IMG/VR virus record: IMGVR_UViG_3300011335_000411
Span: 1 to 32,183 of that record
Source of the DNA: a virus
Lineage: Duplodnaviria; Caudoviricetes
Length of the DNA: 32,183 bases
Direction: 5' to 3' (one strand)
Below are positions 1-8,198 of the stretch, piece by piece (positions within the stretch are counted from its first letter, which is position 1; each line of letters opens with the position of its first letter). Under the pieces are notes generated by a model. The model had not been told where the DNA came from and did no database searches. It saw only the letters and a list, made by a program, of their open reading frames with translations. Both the position numbers and the translations under genes were made by a program.

Positions 1-1
1 C

Positions 2-148
2 CATCGTGTTGATCACATAGCACCTGAGAAGAGAATCACCGTACTTTCGTTTGAAAGAAACGAGGACAAGGAGATTGAGATGCTTGACCGATTGAAATGG
101 GCGACTGAGTATTATGATGAGTATTATTCATTGCTTGAGGCTAAGTAA
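2..148 (+). CDS. 3' end of a divergent YqaJ/lambda-exo-like exonuclease (partial)
   Basis: Translates HRVDHIAPEKRITVLSFERNEDKEIEMLDRLKWATEYYDEYYSLLEAK*, which aligns by eye with the C-terminus of 29011-29682 (HLFSHIPKNRRVKVFYVQKDESVIERIKEQVELCREYY). Confidence 0.7.
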   Translation, partial: HRVDHIAPEKRITVLSFERNEDKEIEMLDRLKWATEYYDEYYSLLEAK

Positions 149-216
149 CAAATCAATAAACCAAAAGGGATAAAAGTTGCCCCTTATATTAAATAGAAAT
201 GATAAATAAGAATAAG

Positions 217-342
217 ATGAAACAGTACAAAAACAACTACGGAAAAGTAGAAGAAGATTATTCAGGCAAAGCACTATTCGTGTTTTTCTTGATTGGAATG
301 GTTATCATTTCAGCAGTAAACTATTTAATTTTTAACCTTTAA
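217..342 (+). CDS. 41-aa cassette membrane micro-protein (MKQYKNN...LIFNL)
   Basis: Preceded by partial motif TAAATAAGAATAAGATG; one hydrophobic stretch; stop falls inside the next motif (AAC CTT TAA). Confidence 0.7.
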   Translation: MKQYKNNYGKVEEDYSGKALFVFFLIGMVIISAVNYLIFNL

Positions 343-354
343 ACTAAAATAAAA

Positions 355-606
355 ATGAACACAAAAAAACAATTAACAGCAGTAGAATTTTATGCAGAAG
401 GATTGGAAAACTTGCAGCACAACCCACTTGAAAAAAATGGCTATGATAATGCCAAACAAAGGTTGCTTGAAAAAGCAATGGCAATGTCAGAAGATGAAAA
501 CCACAAAGCCTATTTGAAAGGGCATGAAGTTGGATTTATGAAAGCAATGGAACAAATAAATGTATTAATTAATGAACATGATGGATTAAGTCCAATTAAC
601 ATTTAA
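355..606 (+). CDS. Cassette protein, TAVE family (83 aa)
   Basis: Motif variant at 334-357; LTAVEF...AMAMSE resembles 30540-30743; stop falls inside the motif at 598. Confidence 0.8.
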   Translation: MNTKKQLTAVEFYAEGLENLQHNPLEKNGYDNAKQRLLEKAMAMSEDENHKAYLKGHEVGFMKAMEQINVLINEHDGLSPINI

Positions 607-617
607 ATCAGAATAAG

Positions 618-851
618 ATGACAGCAGTACAACAAATGCTCAAAGAGCTACAAGAGAATTTTCCAAAGCAAATGGCAGATATGTATGACAGCAATCAGCT
701 TTTATTAGAAGATATTGCTTTAAAAGCCAAAAAAATGGAGAAGGAAGAGAAGATTGAGTTTGCTTGTCAAGTTGCCGAAGCAAGTGCTATGAAGTACATA
801 CAAGGCAAGACAACAAGAATGATAGCAGAAGAATTATTAACTAAACAATAA
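618..851 (+). CDS. Cassette protein, MTAVQ...AKKMEKEE family (77 aa)
   Basis: Motif 598-620 upstream; duplicated at 31576-31809. Confidence 0.85.
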   Translation: MTAVQQMLKELQENFPKQMADMYDSNQLLLEDIALKAKKMEKEEKIEFACQVAEASAMKYIQGKTTRMIAEELLTKQ

Positions 852-856
852 GAACA

Positions 857-982
857 ATGAAAGAAGAACAACTTAAAGAAGCATTAGAAATAATCAAAAA
901 ATTTGTCAATGAATTTGATGAAGAAGGTGAAGTGTCTTGGAATACAAGAGATGAAGCCGAGAATTTTTTAAATAACCTTTAA
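857..982 (+). CDS. 41-aa acidic cassette protein (MKEEQLKEALE...FLNNL)
   Basis: Fills the gap exactly; stop inside motif 974-996; duplicated at 31815-31940. Confidence 0.75.
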   Translation: MKEEQLKEALEIIKKFVNEFDEEGEVSWNTRDEAENFLNNL

Positions 983-993
983 ATCAGAATAAA

Positions 994-1236
994 ATGAAAA
1001 TAACAATCGAACAATACGACCACAAAATCACATACGAAGTTCCTTACAACGATGTGAATCTGGAGCAGATGCTAGAGATACTCGAAAATCTACTAAAATG
1101 TACTGGGTACTGCTTCAGTGGTAATCTAGAGATAGTTGATGATAGTACAGAGTTTAGTCAGGTGTCAACCAATTACAGAGATGGAACAATCGACTACGAT
1201 ACAATAAAAAACCAAATCAAAAATGAAGCCAATTAA
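994..1236 (+). CDS. Hypothetical protein (80 aa), last motif-preceded cassette
   Basis: Motif 974-996 ends at its ATG. Confidence 0.8.
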   Translation: MKITIEQYDHKITYEVPYNDVNLEQMLEILENLLKCTGYCFSGNLEIVDDSTEFSQVSTNYRDGTIDYDTIKNQIKNEAN

Positions 1237-1336
1237 AGAAAAAACAAAAGCAATCATCGGATTTTTATCTGCCATTGCATTACTGATGACACTAGGAACA
1301 TTATTTTGTGCATGGGTGTTCAAAGGAGTATTTTAG
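1223..1336 (+). CDS. 37-aa single-TM micro-protein (MKPIKEKTKAIIGFL...)
   Basis: ATG overlaps the previous gene; basic N-terminus followed by a hydrophobic helix. Confidence 0.6.
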   Translation: MKPIKEKTKAIIGFLSAIALLMTLGTLFCAWVFKGVF

Positions 1337-1407
1337 TAACTTAACAAGTGGTTATTCGGAAATACCGACCACCCACTAAAAAACGTAAACAAATAAATAA
1401 ATATACA

Positions 1408-1650
1408 ATGGAAAACAAATTAAATTCGGGTGCAATCTTTAAGAACGACAAAAAGACGAAAGACACACATCCAGACTACAGAGGAAAAGTAAACGTAAAC
1501 GGTAAGGAAATGGAAGTTGCCTTATGGATTAAAGAGGGTAAAGCTGGCAAGTTCTTTTCAGCTTCATTTAGCGAGCCTTACGTAGCACCAGAAACAATGG
1601 AACGCAGACCAGTATCAGACGCAATGGACGACACCGACCTGCCCTTCTGA
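1408..1650 (+). CDS. Probable single-stranded DNA-binding protein (DUF736-like)
   Basis: GAIFKNDKK..HPDYRG..ALWIK..GKFFS motif and acidic DDTDLPF tail; ATG 1408 is preferred over GTG 1348. Confidence 0.75.
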   Translation: MENKLNSGAIFKNDKKTKDTHPDYRGKVNVNGKEMEVALWIKEGKAGKFFSASFSEPYVAPETMERRPVSDAMDDTDLPF

Positions 1651-1871
1651 TGTACATTGACGAGGGAGGATTGCGAAAGCAATTAGAGATGTTGCTTCGT
1701 ACCAAAACACGAAACCAAATTGTGCAAGAGATAAAGTCAAACACAGGAAGATTCCATCAATACCAAATAGACAAGTTTCTACAGGGAAAGGATGTAACAC
1801 TTTGCACGGTGATAAAGTTAGATAACTACATATCACGAGAGATTTACTTAAACAATTTAGAGCCACTTTAA
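1650..1871 (+). CDS. Small putative helix-turn-helix DNA-binding protein
   Basis: QYQIDKFLQGKDVTLCTVIKL resembles an XRE-like HTH; coupled to the SSB stop. Confidence 0.5.
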   Translation: MYIDEGGLRKQLEMLLRTKTRNQIVQEIKSNTGRFHQYQIDKFLQGKDVTLCTVIKLDNYISREIYLNNLEPL

Positions 1872-1885
1872 CAGGTGGCTTTTTC
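1860..1885 (+). terminator. Intrinsic terminator ending the recombination/cassette operon
   Basis: AGCCACTT-TAAC-AGGTGGCT stem followed by a T-run. Confidence 0.7.
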
Positions 1886-1904
1886 ATTGTTGAAAACTTT
1901 TTAG

Positions 1905-1934
1905 CAACGTGTTTAGATTTTCATCGTAAGTTTG
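1905..1934 (+). promoter_or_regulatory. Overlapping promoters for the sigma gene: ECF-type CAAC-N16-CGT and Bacteroidetes -7 element TAAGTTTG
   Basis: CAAC 1905-1908, CGT 1925-1927, TAAGTTTG 1927-1934. Confidence 0.55.
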
Positions 1935-1949
1935 ATTAGAATTTAATCA

Positions 1950-2477
1950 ATGGATAAACTAACCATACTCGCAAAGCATCACAAAGACTGGGTACGAATC
2001 GTTAATAGTTTTGGCGAATACTTCCTAGCGGATGACATCGTGCAAGAAACATATATCAAAATCATACGTTTAAATCATATAGACAAGATTGTTACTGACA
2101 CGATAAATAAGAGTATGATGTGGTTAGTCTTGCGAAGTGTATACATTGACCATATCAGAGCAAAAAAGAACGATAGTGTTTCAATTAACGAATGTTTTGA
2201 TTTGCAATACACGGAGCATAACCTACAAAAAGACGAAGCATTTAGTTTAATAGAGGAAAAGCTACAAGATGAGATGAACACTTGGCATTATTACGACAAG
2301 ATGTTATTTAATTTATACAGAGAATCTAAACTATCAATAAGAGAAATAGCAGACGCAACTAAAATACATTACACTTCTATTTTTCACACGTTAAAAAAAT
2401 GTAAGAAAAGACTACAGGAAGCAGTAGGGGAAGACTATGCTGATTATTTAAACGAAGAATTTGAATTAATAAAATAG
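1950..2477 (+). CDS. Phage RNA polymerase sigma-70 family (ECF-like) factor
   Basis: Region 2 ADDIVQETYIK...W...LRSVYIDHIR; region 4 HTH LSIREIADATKIHYTSIFHTLKK. Confidence 0.85.
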   Translation: MDKLTILAKHHKDWVRIVNSFGEYFLADDIVQETYIKIIRLNHIDKIVTDTINKSMMWLVLRSVYIDHIRAKKNDSVSINECFDLQYTEHNLQKDEAFSLIEEKLQDEMNTWHYYDKMLFNLYRESKLSIREIADATKIHYTSIFHTLKKCKKRLQEAVGEDYADYLNEEFELIK

Positions 2478-2480
2478 AAA

Positions 2481-2867
2481 ATGGCAAAAACACGAACACC
2501 AAGAAAGAAAGCTGAAGGATTAGGAGATACAGTAGAACAAGTATTAGAAGCAACTGGTATTGCAAAAGTAGCTAAGTTCCTAATGGGCGAGGATTGCGGA
2601 TGCGATGCACGTAAAGAGAAGCTGAATGCATTGTTTCCATACAACAAACCTGAATGCCTAACGGAAGACGAATACAACTACCTAAACGAATCTCAGGTAC
2701 TATTCAAAGCTAGTATCAGACCAACTGAACAAGCAGAGATTCTAAACATTTACAACCGAGTGTTTCACGTTCGTAGAGAACCTACATCGTGTGCTAGTTG
2801 TTTAAGAGAAATCGTATTAAAGATGCAACAAGTATTCAACGAATATAAAGAAGATGCCAATTCCTAA
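2481..2867 (+). CDS. Conserved phage protein with CGC and CxxC motifs
   Basis: GLGDTVE...DCGCDARKEKLN...SCASC. Confidence 0.75.
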   Translation: MAKTRTPRKKAEGLGDTVEQVLEATGIAKVAKFLMGEDCGCDARKEKLNALFPYNKPECLTEDEYNYLNESQVLFKASIRPTEQAEILNIYNRVFHVRREPTSCASCLREIVLKMQQVFNEYKEDANS

Positions 2868-3288
2868 ACCAACATCAGGAGAATCAGAAGCAGACTTCTT
2901 AAAGAGATGTATGTCTGACGATAAAATGATAAGCGAGTACGACCAAGAACAACGTGCTGCAGTTTGTCGTTCTACTTATTCAGAGAAACTTGCAGGAGAA
3001 AAGATATCATTTGATTACGATGGGACATTCTCAACTGCAAAAGGATTTGACAGAGCAGTAAGTTTGATTGAATCAGGTGCAGATGTTTACATTATATCAG
3101 CTAGAGATTCAAAAGAAGGAATGCTACCAAGAGCAAACAAAGCAGGAATACTATTCTCACGAGTTTACGCTACTGGAAGCAATGATGCAAAAGTACAAAA
3201 GGTAAAAGAATTAAACATTACTGTTCACTATGACAATAATCAAGACGTAGTTAATCAACTACCAAACGTAGGTAGACTTTTTACATAA
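2854..3288 (+). CDS. Two-domain protein: small Cys-containing N-domain plus HAD-superfamily domain
   Basis: N-terminus MPIPKP..FLKRCM..QRAAVC; C-terminal HAD motifs ISFDYDGT, IISAR, K, HYDNN. Confidence 0.7.
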   Translation: MPIPKPTSGESEADFLKRCMSDDKMISEYDQEQRAAVCRSTYSEKLAGEKISFDYDGTFSTAKGFDRAVSLIESGADVYIISARDSKEGMLPRANKAGILFSRVYATGSNDAKVQKVKELNITVHYDNNQDVVNQLPNVGRLFT

Positions 3289-3295
3289 ACACGAA

Positions 3296-3484
3296 ATGAG
3301 ATACTACCTAATTGACCACGGAAAAGAAATGCTAGAAACTGCTAATGCAGTAACAGACCTACTCACAAAACAAGGATGTCACTATGTGGTATACTTAACC
3401 GATGCTGATGGATTAATGTGCGTAGAAGAAATCAGTGAAAATGAATTTTTAGACCATTTTAAACACCACAAAAACACGAAATAA
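3296..3484 (+). CDS. Hypothetical protein (62 aa)
   Basis: ORF fits tightly into the operon. Confidence 0.65.
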   Translation: MRYYLIDHGKEMLETANAVTDLLTKQGCHYVVYLTDADGLMCVEEISENEFLDHFKHHKNTK

Positions 3485-3487
3485 CAA

Positions 3488-3919
3488 ATGAAAAGAGGAA
3501 GACCAAGAAAGATAGACACTCCAGAACAACTATTAGAAATGTTCCAAGCATACAAAACCTATGTAAAAGAAAACCCTCGTTACAAATACGTAATGAACCA
3601 ACGCTCAGGAGATATGGTTGCAGAACCTTTAGAATGTCCACTTAGCATTGATGGTTTTGAAGTCTATTGCTATAACAAGTTCGAGTGTACTGTTGAACAT
3701 TATTTACATAATACTAAAGGAGCTTATCAAGATTTTTGCGATATCTCTACACATATAAAGCGAGAAATACGCCAAGACCAAATCTCAGGAGGTATGGTAG
3801 GACAATACAATGCAAGTCTTACTGCACGATTAAACGGACTCACAGAGAAAGTAGAAAGCACTATTATAACAGAGCAACCATTGTTCCCAGATGTTCAAGA
3901 GAACGACAGCAATAAATAA
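3488..3919 (+). CDS. terS: Terminase small subunit
   Basis: GRPRK N-terminus, P22 gp3-like PLSIDGF...GQYNASLTARLNGL; directly upstream of TerL. Confidence 0.8.
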   Translation: MKRGRPRKIDTPEQLLEMFQAYKTYVKENPRYKYVMNQRSGDMVAEPLECPLSIDGFEVYCYNKFECTVEHYLHNTKGAYQDFCDISTHIKREIRQDQISGGMVGQYNASLTARLNGLTEKVESTIITEQPLFPDVQENDSNK

Positions 3920-5051
3920 GATACTATCCTTAAAAAAACGGATAAAGATAATTCAAGGAGGAACATCAGCAGGAAAGACGTTCGGTATTCTTCCTGTACT
4001 TATAGACAAGTGTACACGTCAAGCAGGACTTGAAGTATCTGTAGTAGCTGAATCCATTCCTCACTTGCGAAGAGGAGCATTAAAAGACTTCGTAAAGATA
4101 ATGCGTTGGACAGGACGCTACATTGATGACAGATTCAATAAGTCACTTTTAAGATACGAATTTGGCAACGGTAGTGTAATAGAGTTCTTCTCAGCAGATG
4201 ATGCATCTAAACTCAGAGGAGCAAGGCGTGACATCCTTTATATCAATGAGTGTAATAACGTAACCTTCGAAAGTTATAACGAATTATCCATCCGTACAAA
4301 GAAAGAGATATTTTTAGACTTTAATCCTGCAAATGAGTTTTGGGTACACAAGGAACTAAAAGACGAGCCTGATTCAGATTTCATTATCTTAACCTACAAA
4401 GACAACGAAGCATTAGATGAATCAATTGTAAGTCAAATAGAAAAGAACCGTGATAAAGCAGCAACAAGTTCCTATTGGGCGAATTGGTGGAGAGTGTACG
4501 GACTAGGAGAAATCGGAAGCCTTGAAGGAGTAATATTTGACAACTGGAAAACAATAGACAAGATACCTGTTGAAGCTAAACTCATAGGAATCGGACTTGA
4601 CTTTGGTTACACGAACGACCCTACATCAGCAATTGAGATATACAACTACAACGGACAAAGAATAGTAAACGAACTTGTATACCGTACAGGAATGGTAAAC
4701 TCTGACATTGCAAATATGCTCCCAAATAGTGTAACAATTTATGCTGATAGTTCAGAGCCGAAATCAATCGAAGAGATTAGGAGGTTTGGTAAAATGATTA
4801 AAGGAGTAACGAAAGGAGTTGACTCAATTAGATTCGGTATTGACATTATGCAACGACAAGAATACTTAGTTACCAGTGATAGTCAGAACTTAATTAAGGA
4901 GCTGAGGAGTTATTGTTGGGATGTAGCGAAAGACGGAACAAGAAGAAACGTACCTATTGACCATTACAATCACGCTATTGATGCATTAAGATATCACGAG
5001 ATGGAAACACTAGGTTTAAAAAAGAACTATGGACAATACAACATCAGATGA
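3891..5051 (+). CDS. terL: Terminase large subunit (PBSX-like)
   Basis: Walker A QGGTSAGKT, Walker B LYINE, DFNP, nuclease GLDFGYTNDP and NHAIDALRY. Confidence 0.95.
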   Translation: MFKRTTAINKILSLKKRIKIIQGGTSAGKTFGILPVLIDKCTRQAGLEVSVVAESIPHLRRGALKDFVKIMRWTGRYIDDRFNKSLLRYEFGNGSVIEFFSADDASKLRGARRDILYINECNNVTFESYNELSIRTKKEIFLDFNPANEFWVHKELKDEPDSDFIILTYKDNEALDESIVSQIEKNRDKAATSSYWANWWRVYGLGEIGSLEGVIFDNWKTIDKIPVEAKLIGIGLDFGYTNDPTSAIEIYNYNGQRIVNELVYRTGMVNSDIANMLPNSVTIYADSSEPKSIEEIRRFGKMIKGVTKGVDSIRFGIDIMQRQEYLVTSDSQNLIKELRSYCWDVAKDGTRRNVPIDHYNHAIDALRYHEMETLGLKKNYGQYNIR

Positions 5052-5208
5052 TTTACCAATGATGAAAAGAGTAGTTGAGGACTACATCTATCAGCGTACA
5101 GGAAAACGGATAGCAATAGTCTTTGATGACGTAATGATGATACGAAGACACTTTCAGATGTTAACCGCAGCTTATGACATAATCATAGCACAACAGAATA
5201 AACAATAA
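5029..5208 (+). CDS. Hypothetical protein (59 aa, MDNTTSDDLP...)
   Basis: Open frame fills the gap after terL; below the ORF-track cutoff. Confidence 0.6.
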   Translation: MDNTTSDDLPMMKRVVEDYIYQRTGKRIAIVFDDVMMIRRHFQMLTAAYDIIIAQQNKQ

Positions 5209-5214
5209 ATCGTT
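5191..5214 (+). promoter_or_regulatory. Putative phage-sigma late promoter
   Basis: CAAC-N16-CGTT directly before the tail operon ATG at 5223. Confidence 0.6.
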
Positions 5215-5222
5215 TTATAAAT

Positions 5223-5990
5223 ATGAAGTTAGAAATCAACGTACCTTCAAGCCTAAGTGAAATTCCACTTAAACACTACCAAGACTTCCTAAAAGTTCAG
5301 GCAGATTCTAACGATGAGGAATTTGTCGCTCAGAAGATGGTAGAAATCTTTTGTGGTATATCATTACAAGATGTCGTTAAAATGAAGCTAACGAGCTTAA
5401 ATGAGCTGATAGCACACTTTACAAAGTTATTTAGTGAGAAGCCTAAGTTTCAAAACAGGTTCAAGATTTCAGCAGAGGAAGGAGAGATTGAATTTGGATT
5501 CATTCCAGAGTTAGAAGAGATTAGTTTCGGTGAGTATGTAGATTTGGAATCACATCTTACGAATTGGGACACATATCACAAAGCAATGGCAGTGATGTAC
5601 AGACCGATTGTGAAAACACGAAAGGATAAATACGACATAATGCCTTACGAACCAAACAAAGACTTTCAGGAATTGATGCGATTTGCTCCACTAGATGTAG
5701 TATTGGCAAGTTCTGTTTTTTTTTGGACTTTAGGAAACGAGTTGGTTCAGGGTACTCTGAATTATTTGGAGAAGGAGATGAAGAAGAACAAGGAATTGTC
5801 AACGACTTTTCAGAAACAACTCAGTTTGCAAAACGATGGGGATGGTATCAGTCAATATATGCTCTCGCTAAAGGAGATGTTACAAGATTCGATGAAGTTA
5901 CAAAGTACAGACTTACTAAATGTCTCACCTATCTCACGTTCGAAAAGCAAAAAAACGAAATTGAAAGAAGACAATTTGAAAGAAATTTAA
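5223..5990 (+). CDS. Probable tail assembly chaperone (0-frame product)
   Basis: First gene of the tail module; contains a T9 slippery tract (5716-5724) with an open -1 frame. Confidence 0.6.
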   Translation: MKLEINVPSSLSEIPLKHYQDFLKVQADSNDEEFVAQKMVEIFCGISLQDVVKMKLTSLNELIAHFTKLFSEKPKFQNRFKISAEEGEIEFGFIPELEEISFGEYVDLESHLTNWDTYHKAMAVMYRPIVKTRKDKYDIMPYEPNKDFQELMRFAPLDVVLASSVFFWTLGNELVQGTLNYLEKEMKKNKELSTTFQKQLSLQNDGDGISQYMLSLKEMLQDSMKLQSTDLLNVSPISRSKSKKTKLKEDNLKEI

Positions 5991-5998
5991 AACGATGA
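5717..5998 (+). CDS. -1 frameshift extension of the tail chaperone (gpGT-like C-terminal segment)
   Basis: T TTT TTT slippery heptamer; -1 frame reads ...WGWYQSIYALAKGDV...; its TGA overlaps the next ATG (ATGA 5995-5998). Confidence 0.65.
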   Translation, partial: FFLDFRKRVGSGYSELFGEGDEEEQGIVNDFSETTQFAKRWGWYQSIYALAKGDVTRFDEVTKYRLTKCLTYLTFEKQKNEIERRQFERNLKR

Positions 5999-6645
5999 CA
6001 GGATTCTACGACTTATTGAACAAACTAAAGTATCATTTCGACAATGATGAGATAGTTAATACTGTTACACAAGGTGACATCTTCCAAGTTGACTTAAACA
6101 AACAGACAATATTTCCATTGACTCACTTGATGGTAAATAGTTCTACACTTGGAGATAATACAATGACGTTCAACGTGTCTATTATTGCGATGGATATTGT
6201 AGACATTTCAAAGTCAGAAGTTACAGATGTATTCCAAGAGAACAACAATGAGTTAGATGTTTTAAACACGCAACACGCAGTCTTAAATCGTGCATACCAA
6301 CAGATGTTACACGGTAACTTGTGGGACATCAATATGGTAATCGAAACAGAACCTACGTTAGAGCCATTCACAGAACGCTTTGAGAATTTACTAGCAGGAT
6401 GGACAATGACATTTGATGTTGTAGTTCCTAATGAGATGACAATTTGCGACACTGGAAGCTATGCTCCGTTTTGCTCACCTGCATACGTTGTAAACACGAA
6501 CTCAAGTTATACTGCAACAATCCAAAGTGGAGATACTCTTACATTACCTGATACTACTTTAAACCTACAAATAGACGGAACACAAGTAGCTACTTCAACA
6601 TTCGCAACTTTAAGCAATCAAACAATTAATTTAGTATGGCAATAA
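5995..6645 (+). CDS. Virion structural protein (tail terminator-like, with a Thr-rich C-terminal extension)
   Basis: Position in the tail module; beta-rich composition. Confidence 0.55.
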   Translation: MTGFYDLLNKLKYHFDNDEIVNTVTQGDIFQVDLNKQTIFPLTHLMVNSSTLGDNTMTFNVSIIAMDIVDISKSEVTDVFQENNNELDVLNTQHAVLNRAYQQMLHGNLWDINMVIETEPTLEPFTERFENLLAGWTMTFDVVVPNEMTICDTGSYAPFCSPAYVVNTNSSYTATIQSGDTLTLPDTTLNLQIDGTQVATSTFATLSNQTINLVWQ

Positions 6646-7775
6646 ATATTAACATACCATCACAAGTAAAGACATACGCTAACCTAGCAGCGTTTCCTGC
6701 AACAGGCAGTTTAAAAACAATCTTTATAGCAGAGGACACAAACAAGACTTACCGATGGACAGGTTCAGCTTATGTAGAGATTTCAGCAAGTCAAGCAACT
6801 GCGTGGGGAGCAATCACAGGAACGCTATCAAATCAAACAGACTTACAAACTGCTTTAAACGCAAAGCAAGATAGTTTAGGATTCACTGCAGTGCCTACCA
6901 CTCGCACCCTAACAATAAACGGAACTACACAAGACCTTTCAGCAGATAGAACATTTACCATCTCAACGGGAATAACAATCGGTTCAACTGCGATTACTTC
7001 GGGTACTATTGGACGTGTGTTGTTTGAGGGTGCAGGTAATGTGGTTCAGGAGAGTGCGAATATGACCTACGACAATACAAACCTAATTTTCACGTTAGGC
7101 TCTACTGCAACACGAATCCTTACTTTCAGGCCTCAAGACACTACGGGTGCTTATGGTAATTCGTGTTCAATTAGAGGAGGTATTTCAAATGGAAGGATTG
7201 ACTTTTATTCCGCTTCAAACATTACGGAGGTACGAGATAACATAATTTTATTAACAAGTGCAACAGGACCTAGTATACAAGTAGGAACAGGCTCTATTAA
7301 TTTAAATGTAGGAGGAACAAGATTACAAGTAGCACCGACAACGGGAAATATATTAATAGGCACCACCACAGACGCAGGGTTTAAACTTGACGTTAATGGT
7401 ACTGCGAGGTTTACTGGTCAAACGACATACGCTAACAACATGAATTTTGGCGGAAATTCTGACGTTATAAGCCCAAGTTCAAATAGTGGTAACTTTGATT
7501 TTTTATCAAATTTACCAATTCGTTTTTTACTAAAAAGTGGCTCAGTTGAGCGTATGCGAATTGTATCATCAACTGGGAACATACTTATCAACACCACCAC
7601 CGATGTGGCAAGTTCTAAACTTACAATCGAAAGCACAACACAAGGCTTCCTACCTCCACGCATGACTACAACCCAAAAGAACGCCATTGCAACACCTGCA
7701 ACGGGACTAATGGTATACGATACAACTTTGAACTTAATGTCAGTTTATAACGGAACTACTTGGATAACTTTATAA
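6636..7775 (+). CDS. Tail fibre / receptor-binding protein
   Basis: G/T/S/N-rich; WGAITGTLSNQTDL, internal GNILIxTTTD repeats, C-terminal GFLPPRMTTTQKNAI..GLMVYDTT. Confidence 0.8.
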   Translation: MAININIPSQVKTYANLAAFPATGSLKTIFIAEDTNKTYRWTGSAYVEISASQATAWGAITGTLSNQTDLQTALNAKQDSLGFTAVPTTRTLTINGTTQDLSADRTFTISTGITIGSTAITSGTIGRVLFEGAGNVVQESANMTYDNTNLIFTLGSTATRILTFRPQDTTGAYGNSCSIRGGISNGRIDFYSASNITEVRDNIILLTSATGPSIQVGTGSINLNVGGTRLQVAPTTGNILIGTTTDAGFKLDVNGTARFTGQTTYANNMNFGGNSDVISPSSNSGNFDFLSNLPIRFLLKSGSVERMRIVSSTGNILINTTTDVASSKLTIESTTQGFLPPRMTTTQKNAIATPATGLMVYDTTLNLMSVYNGTTWITL

Positions 7776-7776
7776 T

Positions 7777-8049
7777 ATGAAAGCAACAACACCAACCAAC
7801 GGAGTATCAATCGAGCCGATTGTATACCCACTTAACGAAGGTACTGCAACCTTCTTAACAGTATTAGTCGAAGCATTTATGACGGATGCAACAACTGCAA
7901 TCACTTATTACAGATTGCTCACTGATGATGGCAAAATCCTTACTGACGGACGCTACCAAATGACGGAGGAACAATTCGCTATTTGGGGACAGGATAACTC
8001 GGTAGTTAACGAATATGTCGCTGAAGCAATCGGAGTAGTAATCATTTAA
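7777..8049 (+). CDS. Fibre-associated protein (possible chaperone)
   Basis: Directly follows the tail fibre gene. Confidence 0.6.
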   Translation: MKATTPTNGVSIEPIVYPLNEGTATFLTVLVEAFMTDATTAITYYRLLTDDGKILTDGRYQMTEEQFAIWGQDNSVVNEYVAEAIGVVII

Positions 8050-8060
8050 AAACACGAAAT

Positions 8061-8198
8061 ATGTTAACGCTAACAGAAGAACAAGTAAAACAATTAGAAG
8101 CAATCTTGAGTGAGTTACCGATGAAGTTCGGGGTGCCAATTTTGAATATCTTAAACGAAGCGAGTAAACCTGCTGAAAACACGGATGAAGCAAACTGA
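8061..8198 (+). CDS. 45-aa hypothetical protein (MLTLTEEQVKQLE...)
   Basis: Fills the gap; A-rich start context. Confidence 0.6.
   Translation: MLTLTEEQVKQLEAILSELPMKFGVPILNILNEASKPAENTDEAN

Larger units (their letters stand above)
602..1225 (+). repeat. Terminal direct repeat, copy 1 (matches 31560-32183)
   Basis: Near-identical to the window end; differences seen at 617 (G vs C at 31575) and 659 (T vs G at 31617, N->K). Confidence 0.95.

Noticed and set aside
602-1225. Biological terminal repeat of the virion DNA
   Set aside because: More simply a circular assembly overlap; genome ends cannot be inferred from the sequence alone.
1348-1374. Small hairpin GTGG..TCGG/CCGA..CCAC upstream of the SSB gene
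   Set aside because: Short interrupted stem with no U-tract; too weak to call.
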